Position numbers and translations under genes: made by a program
The notes under the pieces: model-generated
The model's input: the letters and a program-made list of their open reading frames with translations, nothing else
Database searches by the model: none
Told to the model about the DNA's origin: nothing
Shown: positions 15,250 through 31,280 of the stretch, piece after piece
Layout of the letters: every line of letters begins with the position of its first letter
How positions within the stretch are numbered: the stretch's first letter is position 1
Assembly: GCF_009914755.1 (NCBI RefSeq)
Contig: NC_060945.1
From: the human T2T-CHM13v2.0 reference genome, Homo sapiens
DNA: 64,000 nt
Direction: 5' to 3' (one strand)

Positions 15250-15975
15250 ACTGACAATAGCAGGTATTGGTGAGGGTGCAGAGCAACTTACACAGTGCAG
15301 GTGGGAGTGTAAATTGATATAATCACTTTGGAAACCAACCCACTATTCTCTCTAAAATGAAGGTACACATATCCTATGATCAGAAATTCAAGCACTATGC
15401 TAGGAGATACCAAACAAATGCATGCATATGCACTAAGAAACAGATCCAAGAATGTCCACAGCATTTTTTTAATAATCCCAATCTTGAAATAATTCAAGTA
15501 TCCATTAATAGAAAATGGATAACTAAGTTCATGTATTATAAGATGGAGTACTATATTGCAATAAAATTTAGCAAACTACAAATATATGATGAGCATGGGT
15601 GAATATTAAGCACATAATGAGTGAAAGATGCAAGACACAAAATATAGTGCATGACTCCATTTATATAGAGTGAAAAAAAGAAGGCAAAATGAAAGTTCAT
15701 TGTTTGGGGATGCATGCTTAGGAGAGAAAACTGTAAACCAATGCAAAAAGGCTGTTGCCTTAAAAGTTAGTAAAGCTCTTTCTCCATATGGTAGAGAAGA
15801 AGTAATGTCTAGGAGGAAACATTTGGGGACCTTCTAGGTTCTGGCAATGTCCTATTTCATGACCTTTCTGGTGGTTCCATGAGCATTTCCTTAACGATCA
15901 TTCATTAGGCTGTACGATCTTGTTTTGTGCACATTTCTATATATTTGCAAGTTATGTTTCACAATAAAAATGTTT
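15250..15975 (+). mobile_element. Old L1M (ME-like) ORF2 end / 3' UTR
   Basis: GGTATTGGTGAGGGTGCAGAGCAAC...GGTGGGAGTGTAAATTG...ACTTTGGAAA; ends AATAAAAA. Confidence 0.75.
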
Positions 15976-16085
15976 AAAGAAGAAATAACAAAGATATGTA
16001 GTTACTTCATATGATATGGAAGCTAAAGGGTAGGTAGTTGAGCATTCAACATGATCACACTACTGCCTCTTGGAACACTAACAGT

Positions 16086-16535
16086 ATGTCTTGCATTAGT
16101 TCAGATCCTCCAAAAGCAGACGTGAAGATCGGATTAAATATGCAAGAGATTTATTTGAAACACCTCTTAGAGAAGGAATGAGGGGAGCTAGAAGAGGCAA
16201 GGCCGGCCTTCAGACAATGATACAAGTTCTGACAGTTTGAAGGTGAGAGGAGAGAAAGGGTTGGATAAGTAGAGTCTCAGAATGCAGGGACATTTTAAGA
16301 AGCTTCAGCCAGGCAAATGAGACATATTCAAGCCAAAGTCACCCTGTGGAAGATACCTGCTCTTTGCAGGGTTTGACCTGCTTTAATGTCCCTGCCATTC
16401 TCAGGTATTGGCTGAGAGCAGCTTGTGGGAAATGTAGCCTTTGAGGAAATGCAATGGTAGATTCAGAGCCCAGCAGCTATGCACCAGTTACATCTTCCCC
16501 ACAGCAGGAGATCTGAGCAGCACATTTCCATAACT
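16086..16535. mobile_element. Old ERVL-type LTR fragment
   Basis: CCTCCAAAAGCAGAC...TGCAAGAGATTTATT resembles ERVL (LTR33/LTR16-class) LTR ends. Confidence 0.45.
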
Positions 16536-16839
16536 GCTAAATCCACTAAAAGTGATGTAAATTGTGAAAAATCAAATATAGCAGTGCAAATAAATAAGAA
16601 ACACAAAACAATGTGAATTGCATAATTACTAACTTATAGTGTAAATATGAATAATGGATTCGCTAATAAAGTTTTATGATCATTTCAGTCAGTAAATCAT
16701 TGAATATATATAAAATATTACATTACTATTACTCTCATTATTACTATAACATACTGTTAGTCTGCATTGAAGACTAGGGAAACTAGATTTCATATCCACT
16801 GAGTTCTATCTGAGATTGGCAGGTAACATACTGAATGAT

Positions 16840-17215
16840 TGTATTAGTCCGTTCTCATGCTGCTATAAAGAACTGCCCAGCGACTGGGTAATTTACAAAG
16901 AAAAGAAGTTTAATTGATCACGGTTCCGCATGGCTGGGGAAGCCTCAGGAAACTTGCAATCACGGTGGAAGGGGAAGCAAACACATCCTTCTTCACATGA
17001 TGGCAGGAAGAAGGAGAGCCGAGTGAAGCTGAGCTTCTGCCCCTTATAAAACCATCAGATCTCATGAGAACTCACTCTCTCTCATGAGAATAGCATGGGG
17101 GTAACCGACCCCATGATTCACTTACCTCCCACCAGGCCCCTCCCATGATACGTGGGGATTATGGGAACTACAATTCAAGATAAGATTTGGGTGGGGACAC
17201 AGCAAAACTATATCA
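16840..17215 (-). mobile_element. THE1 (THE1C/D-like) solo LTR
   Basis: TGTATTAGTCCGTTCTCATGCTGCTATAAAG...CTATATCA; TSD ATGAT/GTGAT. Confidence 0.9.
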
Positions 17216-17380
17216 GTGATTTCGATTCCTAAAGCCCCGAGAAGCCAGTTGAACACTTCTATTCAAAGCATTTGGCTTTGTCTTTCAACCTTGATAACCA
17301 AGATGATAAAGAATATCCCAGCAGGTGGGGATGTGTCAATCTTTATTGGTGTCCTGGTCTAGAATTTGAACAGCCTAGAG

Positions 17381-17746
17381 CAGGAGTCCCCAACCCGCAG
17401 TACCGGTCTGCGGCCTATTAGGACCTGGGCCACACAGCAGGAGGTGAGCCACCGGCCTAGCAAGCATTACTGCCTGAGCTCTACCTCCTAACAGATCAGT
17501 CTCCCATCACCCCCAGACGGGATCGTCTAGTTGCAGGAAAACAAGCTCAAGGCTCCCACTGATTCTACATTATGGTGAATTGTATAATTATTTCATTATA
17601 TATTACAATGTAATAATAAAGGAAATAAAGTGCACAATAAATGTAATGCACTTGAATCATCCTGAAATCACCCTCTGCCCCCCTTCTGGTGGAAAAATTG
17701 TCTTCCACAAAACCCATCCTGGTCCCAAAAATGTTGCTGACCACTG
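17381..17746. mobile_element. MER1A-like hAT-Charlie DNA transposon, internally deleted
   Basis: Termini CAGGAGTCCCCAAC / GTTGCTGACCACTG; 8-bp TSD GCCTAGAG/GTCTAGAG (hAT NTCTAGAN target); MER1A AT-rich core. Confidence 0.85.
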
Positions 17747-18314
17747 GTCTAGAGAAATTTGACTTTTAATTAAAGGCATTTAACTTGAAGTTGCCACATT
17801 GTAACAGAAAGTAAACAAGCTACCAACCCAATCCCATGTGATTTAATGGTAATGATAGAGTGTTAAGAAAATAACTATCTCTAACAGTAAGGGATCCCAA
17901 CCCCTTTGCCCGAAGCAGAAGGAGAAAAGAGCAGGCATTCATGCTCGACACTCAGGTTTCTCTGGAATATTTTGTTCTCTCATTGTGTTTGTCATACCAT
18001 GATTGTGCTATTTAGAATTCACTTTCATTAGTAGACTAGGAAGAGTCTACAAATAATGAAAGTCAATAATGGGGGAAATTGAGAAAACTGGTGTGTGTTT
18101 CTTGGTGGCTGTCATTTCACTGAAACTTATTTATCCTTGGGTTATACCATGGTTTAACAGGGGAAATGTTTGTATTTCAACCTTGAACTTGTCATTGTTC
18201 ACCTGTTTCAATAGGTGAAATGCCTGCTAAAATAAAAAGTAAAAACTTCCTTGGAAATTAGGTCAGAGGTCCTTTATTACATTTTGAAGTAAATATGCTG
18301 CTTATTTCTTATTC

Positions 18315-18608
18315 TTTTTTTTTTTTTTTTTTGAGACAGAGTGTTGTTCACCCTGGCTAGAGTGCAGTGGCATAATCTCAGCTCCCTGCAGCCTCCACCT
18401 CCTGGGTCCAAGTGATTCTGCTGCCTCAGCCTCCCAAGCAGGTGGGACTACAGGTGGCACCACCATGCCCAGCTAATATTTGTATTTTTAGTAGAGACAG
18501 GGTTTTGCCATGTTGGCCAGGCTAGTCTCGAACTCCTGGCCTCAAGGGATCTGCCCACCTCAGCTTCCCAAAGTGCTGGGTTACAGGCTTGAGTCACCAT
18601 GCCTGGCC
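18315..18608 (-). mobile_element. AluS
   Basis: Antisense dimer; TSD TGCTTATTT. Confidence 0.93.
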
Positions 18609-19959
18609 TGCTTATTTACTCTAATAGTTCTACATTTCCTTGATATTGTTCTCAGAAGCAATGGAGGCTATCATTTTAAAATGCAGTTACCTGTGTTGGA
18701 AAGAAAATTGTAGCATTTCCTTTTTTGAGGAAATGAAGTGAAAAAGTGAGCCACTGGGTTAGTCTCCAAGTGAAGAAAGTCAGGAATTCTTGTCCCAGTG
18801 GGAGAGGATGAGTTTGTTTTCAGGCATTACATTAAATGAGAATATTTGTCTCATCACTGTAAGTGTGGGAAGAAGTATGCGTGTGGATATTGGAAAGCCA
18901 GAAGAGCCCTTGCCAGGGCAGTCTTGATGGATGAACATCCTACCTGCTAGGGAACATGAAGGAAGCCAATCCCTCCCAGCCATCGTCTTTGCTCCTACCC
19001 TGGCAGTCACAACACAAGCAAGAGATTCAGGTAGGCCAACTGGATGTTCTTGCTCAAGTCTTTGAGTTATAAATAAGTAACACAAAGAAAACAAAATAGT
19101 CAGAATCCATTCACAGCCACAGTAATGGTGATAGTGTCGTGGCAAAATCACCATTGACTAGCCAGGCATCCTTTTGCTCTGTAGCTGCCCTGGTTCTTGC
19201 CCTTTCGTCAAAATTTTCCTGCAGTCTTTCATTGATTCCTGGAGATCTCCATATCCTTCTAACAAGATTTCTTCTTGCTTAAGATAACTACAAAAGCAGT
19301 TTTGCAACAAAAGGCAACCTAACTGAACATTAGCTAAGCAGGCAAAGGGGAGCTAAAATTGTAATCCCAGTGTGGGATCAGGTCACTAAACAGGAGCTGG
19401 AGGCAGAAGCTCAGTCACAGAGAGTTAAAAGTAAACACCAATGGGAAGACAAATTGCTTGGGGCTCCCCCCAGGCATCTGAATGCTAACTCTTCACCAGT
19501 TTAGCTAATTCCCTTGCCGTCAGCTACTGAAGCTCAGGGTCCCCCTGCACCCTCTGCTCTGGTCAGTATAACTCAGGAAGTGGCTACTAGTGATTCTGCC
19601 AAGAGTAAGCCAGCATGTGCTGGTCTCCATAGGAATGGAACCAGAGAAAACAGGGACCGAGAAGCTGTGAAAATCATTAGTAAAACTCTAGAGCTAGCAA
19701 AAGTTCATAAGGTCAAGAGTTTCCATGGAAGGAGGGGTCTCCACTAAGTGGGAAGATACTTCTTCCTTTAAGACAGAAGGAAAAGGTGGAAAGCTGGGGA
19801 AGGAGGCAGCAGGATTGGGGATAAGAATATGTGAGGTAAGTTATATTGGTAGCTTCTATTTTCTATGGGAAGCAAGAAGCCAGTCTGTCTGCTAAGAATG
19901 AGGGACTGAGAGAAAGAATAGAGGTTTGAAGATCAGATAAATGCTGTCAATGGTCACTA

Positions 19960-20306
<347 letters not shown>

Positions 20307-20329
20307 GGAAAGAAAAAAGAATGGTTCAT

Positions 20330-21000
20330 AAATCCAGGTGGATTGAAAATAACAAATTAATTCAGTCTAATCATGTGCTTCTCCTCCAGCAACACCATGC
20401 CCAAAACTATTAGCTGTGAGAATAATGGTCCAATTACTTAAAAGCTAAGAATATCCAGAATTAGCAGAAGGCCAAAGGGTAGAGAGAAGTGAGAGTGTTG
20501 ATAAGGGGGCCATTGGGCAATTGAAACATAGGTTTTTGGTGTATTCAGGGAGGGAGGCAAAATAGGAAGAAACTGAACAAGTGGGAAGCCAGGAAGGAAG
20601 CCAGAACAGGGAGGATGTGATGAAAAAGAAAAACATGTTACATGGAAAGGAAGGAAATAGTACAGGTAGGAGAAGTGACAAGATAGGGCTTTGTGATCGG
20701 AAGTAAAATCACAGATTTTAGAGTATGTGACTTCAGAAATGAGTGCTGGGGAGGAACAGAAGTAAAGGTCGTTCACTGTACCTAATGTAAAGCTACCAAG
20801 CATGGCATCCCAAGAAAGTTGAAGTCACCCAGGATGATGGCAGGATTTGAGTAGAGAAGACACGTGTCTGTTGTCAGTTGTCTAAATGAGTATAAAACCA
20901 TGAACGAAGAGTCAAGGGGACAATGGCAGAGAGAAAGCAGCACAACTGGGTGGTATGGTTTCAACAAGGGGGTAGCCTAGCACAATGGAGTAGAAACGAG
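20330..21000 (-). mobile_element. L2 fragment
   Basis: Minus strand encodes an IILGDFN endonuclease-like motif (ORF 20782..20967); purine-rich L2 antisense texture. Confidence 0.55.
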
Positions 21001-22725
21001 GGTCAGAAAATATTTAAACCATTTTACATCAAAGAAATGTTTTAATTATCACAACTGTCACAACTGGAAGGCCAGAAGTTTGATGGGTTTTGAAGGTGAA
21101 TGACTTGAAGACGACCATGGCATCAAACTTTGTTTCCTTCTGTATTAGTGCTTAGCCCAGAGCTTCAACCTAACTTGACCTTGAAGTCTTCAGATGGCTT
21201 CCAGTAGCAATCAGAGCTATGTGCTCCTTGTTTACGTTCAGCAAAAGATAGAGAAACTGGTTTCTCATCTAACACTTTCAAAAGGAGAGAACTTTCTGAA
21301 ACACCTACAGGAAATTTCTCCTTGCATCTCTTTGACTGGAATTGAGTCACATACCAACTTCTAAACCAATCACTGCCAAGAAAATAGCACTTCCTTTAGA
21401 CAAGACACATCCAACTCTTGAGCCTCATATTACATCGTAACTTCTCAATAGGGGAAGGTGGGAGCAGATGTCGGGGAGTCTACCATAACCTCCACCACTC
21501 ACATGCATTTGTGACTACAAGGTTTCCTCAGCTTCTTTTTTAATGTGGCAGGTCTAGAATGGGTAACAAGTAATGACTTCAATTCTCTGAATAAACGAAG
21601 TTTTGGCTTTCTATTGAAAAATCAAGTTTGCATTGGTGACTCTGGACACACTACTCAATTTCTAACAATGCATAGAAACAGAACTCTCACAATTGCAAAT
21701 GGAGCTAAGAGTTACAAGCACATTTTATTCCATCTTGCAAAACTGCAGCAACCTTGTGGATCTCTTGCCAAGACACCAGGACCGTCTTTCTATGCTTTGC
21801 ACTAAAATTCCAGAGATTCTCCTCCAGCTACACATCCTAAATGCCATGCTGCTTGAGTATTAGGCCTCTACCTCCTACCTGCTGAAGCTGGAGACCATGA
21901 ATAATATGCAGGCCATCTAGAAGTCCTTACAGGCTCTTGTAGCAGGCAAGGGACAGGTGCACAGACCAACCAATGCCAGTACAAATACAAGACTTTCACT
22001 GTCCTGATTAAAAACATCTGGTGGTTCCCAGACAGAGAACAATGTCCCAACTCCTTAGAGCTGCACAAAGGACTAGTTGCAAACAGACACAACCAAACAC
22101 AACCAAGCATAGCAGCTTCATTGCCCACTTTGCATCCCAAATACGTGCTTGGCATCCCTGAATGCTCCTTTACATCTCTATGCTTGTGAAGATCCTTTTT
22201 CCTCTACTAAGAATTCCCTCCCCCTGCTTTTCTAACCAGTGATTCCCTTTTCTTCTTATAGGAAATGAAATATTCCGTGCTCTGAAGTTTTCCCAGACAC
22301 CTCAAGCAGCAGCTCCTCTGTTCCTCCGTGTTCCCGTAGCAATTCCCACCTGCCTCTATGGAAGTACTTCTCACACTGTTCTGTGATCATGTGTTTCTGT
22401 ACTTGCCTCTCCTAATTAGAGTGAGAGCAACTTCAAGCAACTTTATTCACTGTTTTATTTTTAGTGTCTGAAAAGTAAAAGGTATCTATGTTTGTTTACA
22501 TATAGATCATTTATCTTTAAAAAATACTTTTAAAGTTATAATTTGCTATGTGAAATCACTTCTTCCTACTTTGATAGCTAATTGTCTATTATTCATTATC
22601 AGTATAACTCACTATATTAACGCACCTAGCCAAACTCCACAGCAGCAACAGCCAGATATTTGGCACTTTAAAATAAAAGTCTAGTATTTTCTGACTTTTT
22701 GAACTTGGTTGTTTTTAAAATTCTA

Positions 22726-23020
<295 letters not shown>

Positions 23021-24197
23021 TGTAAGTAGTTAAGAACATCTTTGTGAGTAAATCATTTCATTGCTCATTTACAGCAGGAGATCTGGTATCATGCGGCTAC
23101 AATTTACGATATATGCAGCTGATTGACATACAGACACGGTGCTAAATGAGATGAAGTAAAGCAAACCAGTAGGGCAGGATGGAAGTGTCAAAACTGATTG
23201 GCCGGTATCAATTTTCAAAATGTGTGGTCAGTATTCCTGGAGGCCAAATCCACTGGGTGGCTTGTTTCCAAAATAACAGTATAACCTTCTTAAGAAACTG
23301 TTTTATTGTATAAAACTACTGCATTAGGAAAAGTTAGTCACTGTGTTTACTTCATTCTTCTGCTAACAAAAGATAAATTATTTATTTTTTTAGATGATAA
23401 GGAAATCTTAAATGCTGTTCTCAGCTGAGAGAGGCTGAGAGAACATCGGGCCAGTTACTCCCACAACATACTTCTGAGAGTACAGAACTCCCATGTGATC
23501 TAGGATTGCTCTTGTCTGGCCTTGTTATTTCCAAATTATGTTGTCCCTGTCTCTGTTAAGGGATGACATGAGTTGAGCTTTAGATCTTGAAGTAAGGTTC
23601 ATCTCCGTTTCTGAATATCATGTGAGAAACAAATGTAAAATGTAAAGCTTTCTCCTCATTTCATTCCAAATCCTGGTAGTGAGGAACTGGGAAGGGAAAG
23701 GAGGAAGGTAACAGTTTTTGAGTCCATATTATGTGCCAGGCAAGGCTTCGAGATTGCAGCTTCCCCCAGGATGGAGATAGTATCTTATTGAACTTTAATA
23801 TCTAGCACAGTTTCTGACACGTAGGCAGGTGCTCAATGAATACTTATTGACTGAAACAATCTAAATCCATTTCAGATATAATCTCATTTAATCCTCACAA
23901 CCACCTCGAATTTGGAAATACTTTCTTCATTTAACAGAGAGGTTGAGTAAATTGCCTCAGGTCACACTGAAAGGCCTGGATTACAAACTAAGGATGTAAA
24001 AATCAAAGGGCATCTCAAAGTCATCCAGAAAAATGCAACTTTTTGTGTTAATCTGTCTAGGAGCTGGGGTAGAAAAAAGAAAAATGCTGCTTTTTATAGA
24101 TGAAACAAAACATTCATTGAATTTTAGTGACTTTTTTGTTTCACAACACATTGCTGTAAAAGTGAAAATCAAGACAAACATACACAGTCTTTCTTAA

Positions 24198-24580
<383 letters not shown>

Positions 24581-24739
24581 TCAATTCAATTTTTACTGAA
24601 TCACTGCTAGAATCAGTGATTATTTCATCATAATTTTCCTGCAATGTGGCAGGAACAAAAATGTCTGGGTGATAGATCTGGCAGCTCTGAATCCCAGCAT
24701 GTGGTGAAGTTAAAAGATGGCATCAGAAATCATAAAATA

Positions 24740-24888
24740 GGCCGAGCGCGGTGGCTCATGCCTGTAATTCCGCACTTTTGGGAGGCTGAGGCAGGTGGAT
24801 CACCTGAGATCAGGAGTTCGACACCAGCCTGGTCAGCATGGTGAAACCCTGTCTCTACTAAAAATACGAAAGTTAGCCGGGCTTGGTG
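24740..24888 (+). mobile_element. Alu left arm, 3' truncated
   Basis: Ends just after the central linker. Confidence 0.88.
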
Positions 24889-25365
24889 GACATATGATAT
24901 AACAAATAACTCCATACAAACTAGAAAGAAGAAGAAGGATATTGATAAAGAAACAAGAGCAGGAGCAAACAACAAAGTCACAAAAGGTCTTGATGTAGAA
25001 AGGTAACCATGAGGAACTCCGTAGGGTGGTTGCATGGAATATGTGGGATGAAATGGTAGGATATAATATTGGAACTGCAGATTATTGGATGTGAAGGGCT
25101 CCATTCACATCCACTTGTTAAAACAATAATGACGATTCTTTTAAATTTTTGTGCCAAGTATGCAGAAGAAGACCCAAGTGCACTGGCAGACCCATGGCAT
25201 CAGTACACATCTGCTATTGGCTCACTTCCTCTAATCTCCAGGGGCTTTTTCCCAACCTTCTGGTTCCTTCTCTGTCACTGACCATTATAGAAGGAAAATG
25301 AATCCAATAATTAAATCTTGACCCAAACTCAAAACAAATAATTTCTTTGTGATTTTTTTGTTTGC

Positions 25366-25668
25366 TTTTTTTTTTTTTTTTTTTTTTTTGAGACGGACTC
25401 TTGCTCTGTTACCCAGGCTGGAGTGCAGTGGCGCAATCTCGGCTCACTGCAACCTCCGCCTCCCAGTGCAAGCAATTCTCCTGCCTCAGCCTCCCAAGCA
25501 GCTGGGACTACAAGCATGTGCCACCATACCTTGCTAATTTTTGTATTTTTAGTAGAGATGGGGTTTCACCATATTGGCCAGGCTGGTCTCGAACTCGTGA
25601 CCTTGTGATCCACCCGCCTTGGCCTCCCAAAGTGCTGGGATTACAGGCATGAGCCACCACGCCCAGCC
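25366..25668 (-). mobile_element. AluSc-like
   Basis: Antisense dimer; flanked by CAAAACAAATAATTTC on both sides. Confidence 0.93.
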
Positions 25669-27893
25669 AAAACAAATAATTTCAACAGCATAAAAACATT
25701 TTATTCTCCTAGTGTTGTAACGAGGTAAGCATTTTCATATCTGAATGAACCTCCCTTCTTCCCGTGATAGGAAGAGTTGATGTACAAGAATTTGATTAAA
25801 AAAAAATACACAGGAGAGGTTATGTTCAGCCTGCAGGTTAACAAGATGGGTGGATAGGATAGAACCCTAAAGCATAATTAAAACAGCTTAGGTAATTGTT
25901 TTTAAACCAAGCTTTGAGAACTAAAAATGAAATTTCATATTAAGAATATTCATGTGTTTTTCTGAACACTGCTAGAACCAGTGATTATTTTTGAATAGGT
26001 AATATAAATTATAATGTTGCCTAATAGCTGAGAGGCTTTTGGGCCAAATACTCCCACCGCATATATTTCCTAAGAGCATGGAAGTCCCACAAGCCTATGT
26101 GTACCTAACAATGGCATGTGTACGTGACATCATAATTTCACTTATCAAGGGAGGAAATGAGTCACACCTGAAGTTGTGTCATGTCATTGAAGCCAAACAA
26201 TCTGTCAATTTCAAAATTGGGGATGCAGTTTATTTCACAAAGAGTGTGTAGGCTAAAAATGTACGTCCTCTTCTAGTCTACTGAAGCAAGAGAAGACAGA
26301 TACCTTCTGCTGGTCCACCTCCAAATCTAGTTCTTCATCTTGAGGGATTTGTGTTACTTCAAAACAGCAGAACAATTCTTTCTGCCAGAATGTTCTCTTC
26401 AGCCATGGGTATGCTTCTAGGATTTCATTTCCTGATATTGTCCTTCTCCTCTTTTCGGGCAGGTGCACCTGAGTTTCAAATATTTCACATGCCTAAGTTG
26501 GTGCAGGTAAACTACATTCTTTTCCTTTTGCTTTCTGATCCAGTTATTTCATTTCCTAGCACATTCTTCTATATTTGGCCTTATGGAGCATCTGCCAATG
26601 AGAAACAAATGTCTGCCAAAAGCATCTGTGCTCCGAACAACCTTTGTCCATTCTTATTTCCTCTGTTTGGATAATTCCACCTACGTTTAATCCTCTCATC
26701 AGCCTATCGTTCATCTCAAACCTGATTTCTATTTATTTTTGTCCTGGCTAGCTCCTCTTTAGTGCGTATTATCCTACCTTTTCCGGGGGTCTGCAAACTT
26801 TCTAAGCATTATCCCTAATAACAAATACTTTAGAAACTTTCCTACTTACCACAAATGTATCATTTTGAGAATCACGTAATAGGGGCTAATGGATTCTGTG
26901 CTAAATTTCCAAGCCTTCTCCTGTCTCAAGTCTGTCCATATTATCTAAACCCTCCTTGTATATAGCTTTTTCAGCCTTTGAGGCTGGTTCCCCACTGATT
27001 ATTATTTGCTATCTGGAGCTTTCAGAGGCACATCTCAAAACTCGCCAAGTTCCTTGTTTCATCTAGTAAAGTCAGTGTAATATTACATCTATAATCTTGC
27101 CTCTCTTCTGTTATTGGAGATCTTCCAGGAATATTTCTTATTATTTCCCCATCTTTGAAAGAAGTTAGGTCAAATTAAACAGAAAAAGGAATTTATTGGA
27201 GGTACACTTGGTTGTCCACATCTTCAGGAAGACTAGAGAACTACATTCAGAATAGGCATTAAAAAGAGGAGGCTACGCCACCAAAACCACAGCCAAAACC
27301 AAGCCACAGAACAAATCCAGTGAGGATACCACTGCATCACAGAGCCACTGTGGAGACCATCCATACTGCCAGCATTGACCCTGGCCCTACCACTGTCTTG
27401 GTTGCCAGCATGCAGCCCAACACCCCACAGCCAGAAAGATGTCCCCACTGCTTTTGACCCTTGGTTTCTGTCTCCAGGTCTGAGACTCATGGGTCTGATT
27501 GTCACACCTAAGTCATGGGTTCAGGCCCCAGCTTCAGGGGAGGTTGAGAGGTAAGTTTCAAGTCTATTCAGATTTTACAGTGGAAGATGAACTCTGCCTC
27601 CCAGCAAGACCAATAGTATAGATATTCCAAATGTAAGAAAGGAATTCAGATAACAGACAAACGGTAGGGGAAGTCTATTATGTTTTGACTGCTGTCATCT
27701 GCCTTATGGCATAGCCAGTAGACAACTCATCTGTGTGTTGCACTATAGCTAGGGCCCTTACAGGAAATATGTCTTTTCACTTTCCTTCATCTAGCACGGC
27801 AGTTTCCAAGCCGTGCTCTGAGGTACCCCGACCCCCACCAGGTGCCACAGAGAACTCAGAAGACCCAGCAGCATATTTTAAATTTTCAAGGAC

Positions 27894-28200
27894 AGGCTGG
27901 GTGCGGTGGCTCAAGCCTGTAATCCCAGCACTTTGGGAGGTCGAAGCAGGCACATCACTTGAGGTCAAGAGATCGAGACCAGCTTGGCCAACACGGTGAA
28001 ACCCCATCGCTACTAAAAATACAAAAATTAGCTGGGTGTGGTGGCACGGCCTGTAATCCCAGCTGCTCAGGAGCCTGAGGCAGAAGAATCGCTTGAACCT
28101 GGGTAGGTGGAGGTTGCAGTGAGCTGAAACTGCACCACTGCATTCCAGCCTGGGCAACAGAGTGAGACCCTATCTCAAAAAAGTAATAATAAAATAAAAT
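27894..28200 (+). mobile_element. AluS
   Basis: Full dimer. Confidence 0.95.
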
Positions 28201-29065
28201 TTAAAAAAATAAATTTTTGAGGACAGCACAGTGGCATCTACCAGACACCACTCAGTCTCTACCTCGAGGTGGTTCGCAGTTTCATTAGATCAGCCTACAT
28301 TCCCTTCAAAGCCAGCCCTTTCTTTGCAAGGCTGGGTGTTCAGCAGTCACTACAAGTTTTTAGAAAGTGCCATATGAAAAAGCAATGTGGAATAGGAAAT
28401 GAGAGTGACATGTTCATTCTGATTCCAAACTTGTCCGGTGGGCAGTGCCCCACAGGCACACACGTCCCATTAGTAACTGTGTTCATTCAAGAATGAAACT
28501 AAGTATTACTTGTTCTTTATATTTATATGTTTGCTTTCCAAATAGCTACTTGGTTGTTAAAACATAAATATTTAAAGGTGTTTGAACCTACTAACTTAAT
28601 ACACGTAACTGCTAGGGTTGTTTTGGCAAGGAGTGAAGGGGGAGTGTTTTTGTTTTTGTTTTTTGGCCCAGGAATGTTGTGAAAAAAATTAAAACACAAA
28701 TGGCACCATAAACCAAAAGAGTTTGGGAAACTCTGAACCAGCACAATGTCTATTGATTTTTTAAATTAATGTTTTATTCTTCACAGTCCTGCATTGTTCA
28801 AGAGAAGCCTCCACTGTCCTCTCTCAAAGAATAACTTCTGAGTAAAGACAAGGAATAATAGAAAGCTATTATTATATTATTATTATAGCTTCCCACTCAT
28901 ATGATAGGTGGCAAGTGGATGACTAGAATTTCCAAAAGCAAACAACACAGCTGGGAGAGACCAGGAGACGAAAATATAGAGGAGAATACAGGCAAATGCA
29001 GAAAGTCCCCAAAGAACAAAGACAGAGTCAGGGAACCTCCCAGCCTTCTAGAAAAGGGACTCATG

Positions 29066-29338
29066 GGCCGGGCGTGGTGGCTCACACCTGTAATCCCAAC
29101 CCTTTGGGAGGCTGAGGTGGGCGGATCACCTGAGGTCAGGAGTTCCAGACCAGTCTGGCCAACACGACGAAATCCCGTCTCTACTAAAAATACAAAAATT
29201 AGCTGGGCATGGTGGCGCATGCCAGGCAGGAGAATCACTAGAACCTGGAAGGCAGAGTTTGCAGTGAGCTGAGATCATGCCACTGCACTCCAACCTGGGA
29301 AACAGAGTGAGACTCTGTTTCAAAAAAAAAAAGAAAAA
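29066..29338 (+). mobile_element. AluS
   Basis: TSD AAAGGGACTCATG. Confidence 0.95.
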
Positions 29339-29709
29339 TGTAAAGGGACTCATGCACCCATTACCTAGCAGAAGTGCATGGTATCACTGCTGGCAAGCAC
29401 AAGGATGTCTATATATCCAGTAGGGAGAGTTTGAATAATTCTTCTGTGGAGAAAATATAAGCATGCGGCAGAAAATGTCCAACTTTGGAGACAAGAAATT
29501 TGCTTATTGATATTTCTAAAAACAGTGTCATGTTTAAGGATGAGTTTCGAAGGAGAATGCAGATAATGACAGAAGAGCTCTAAAATCTTACACGAGTCAT
29601 TAAACCCAGTTTTCTCTTCCATAGAAAGAGTGTATGTACTTGGCATCTAGCCTGCTAAAACTCTTAGTCTGTGTTGGTCTGAGATTTTTGGTGTCCTCAA
29701 AAGTGAATT

Positions 29710-30026
<317 letters not shown>

Positions 30027-30139
30027 AGGAGTGAATTTTGTACATAGAAAAATGATTTCAATAGTTACTTACTAAAATTAATTCAATCTATTAAAGCTAT
30101 AAATTTTAAAAACCTACTTCTTTATTTGGCTTTTAAATT

Positions 30140-30864
<725 letters not shown>

Positions 30865-30869
30865 GAAAC

Positions 30870-31280
30870 TAAAAAAGACATGACAGGTAAATGCAATGTG
30901 TGACCCTGGACTGGATATCGTGGGGAGGAAGAGATACTAAAAGGACATATTGGACAATTGCCAAATTTGAATATTGACAGTATATTAGGTAATAATATTA
31001 AACTTCTTAATAGGATTATTGGACTGTGGTTATGTAAGGAAGTGTCCCTTTTATTATGAAATTCACATTGAAGTATTTAGAAATAAAGGAAAATGATATC
31101 TGCAATTAACTCTTACATGGTTCAGGGAAAAATTAACAATAATATGCATTATAAGTAGAAAGAGTAGTAAGGCAAATGTGTCAAATTGTTAATTTATGAA
31201 TCTGGATAAAGGATACATATTTAAAAGATATGTGTACATTTCTTGCAGCTCATCTGTAACTTTGAAAGTATTTTTTAAGG
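30870..31280 (+). mobile_element. L1MC/ME-type 3' UTR fragment
   Basis: GACATGACAGGTAAATGCAATGTGTGACCCTGGACTGGAT...GAAGTATTTAG motif. Confidence 0.6.

Noticed and set aside
27836-27849. CTCF site CCACCAGGTGCCAC
   Set aside because: Mismatch at a conserved G of the core; not supportable without ChIP data
29365-29646. Transposase or processed-pseudogene remnant
   Set aside because: The frames I translated by hand gave no recognisable motif
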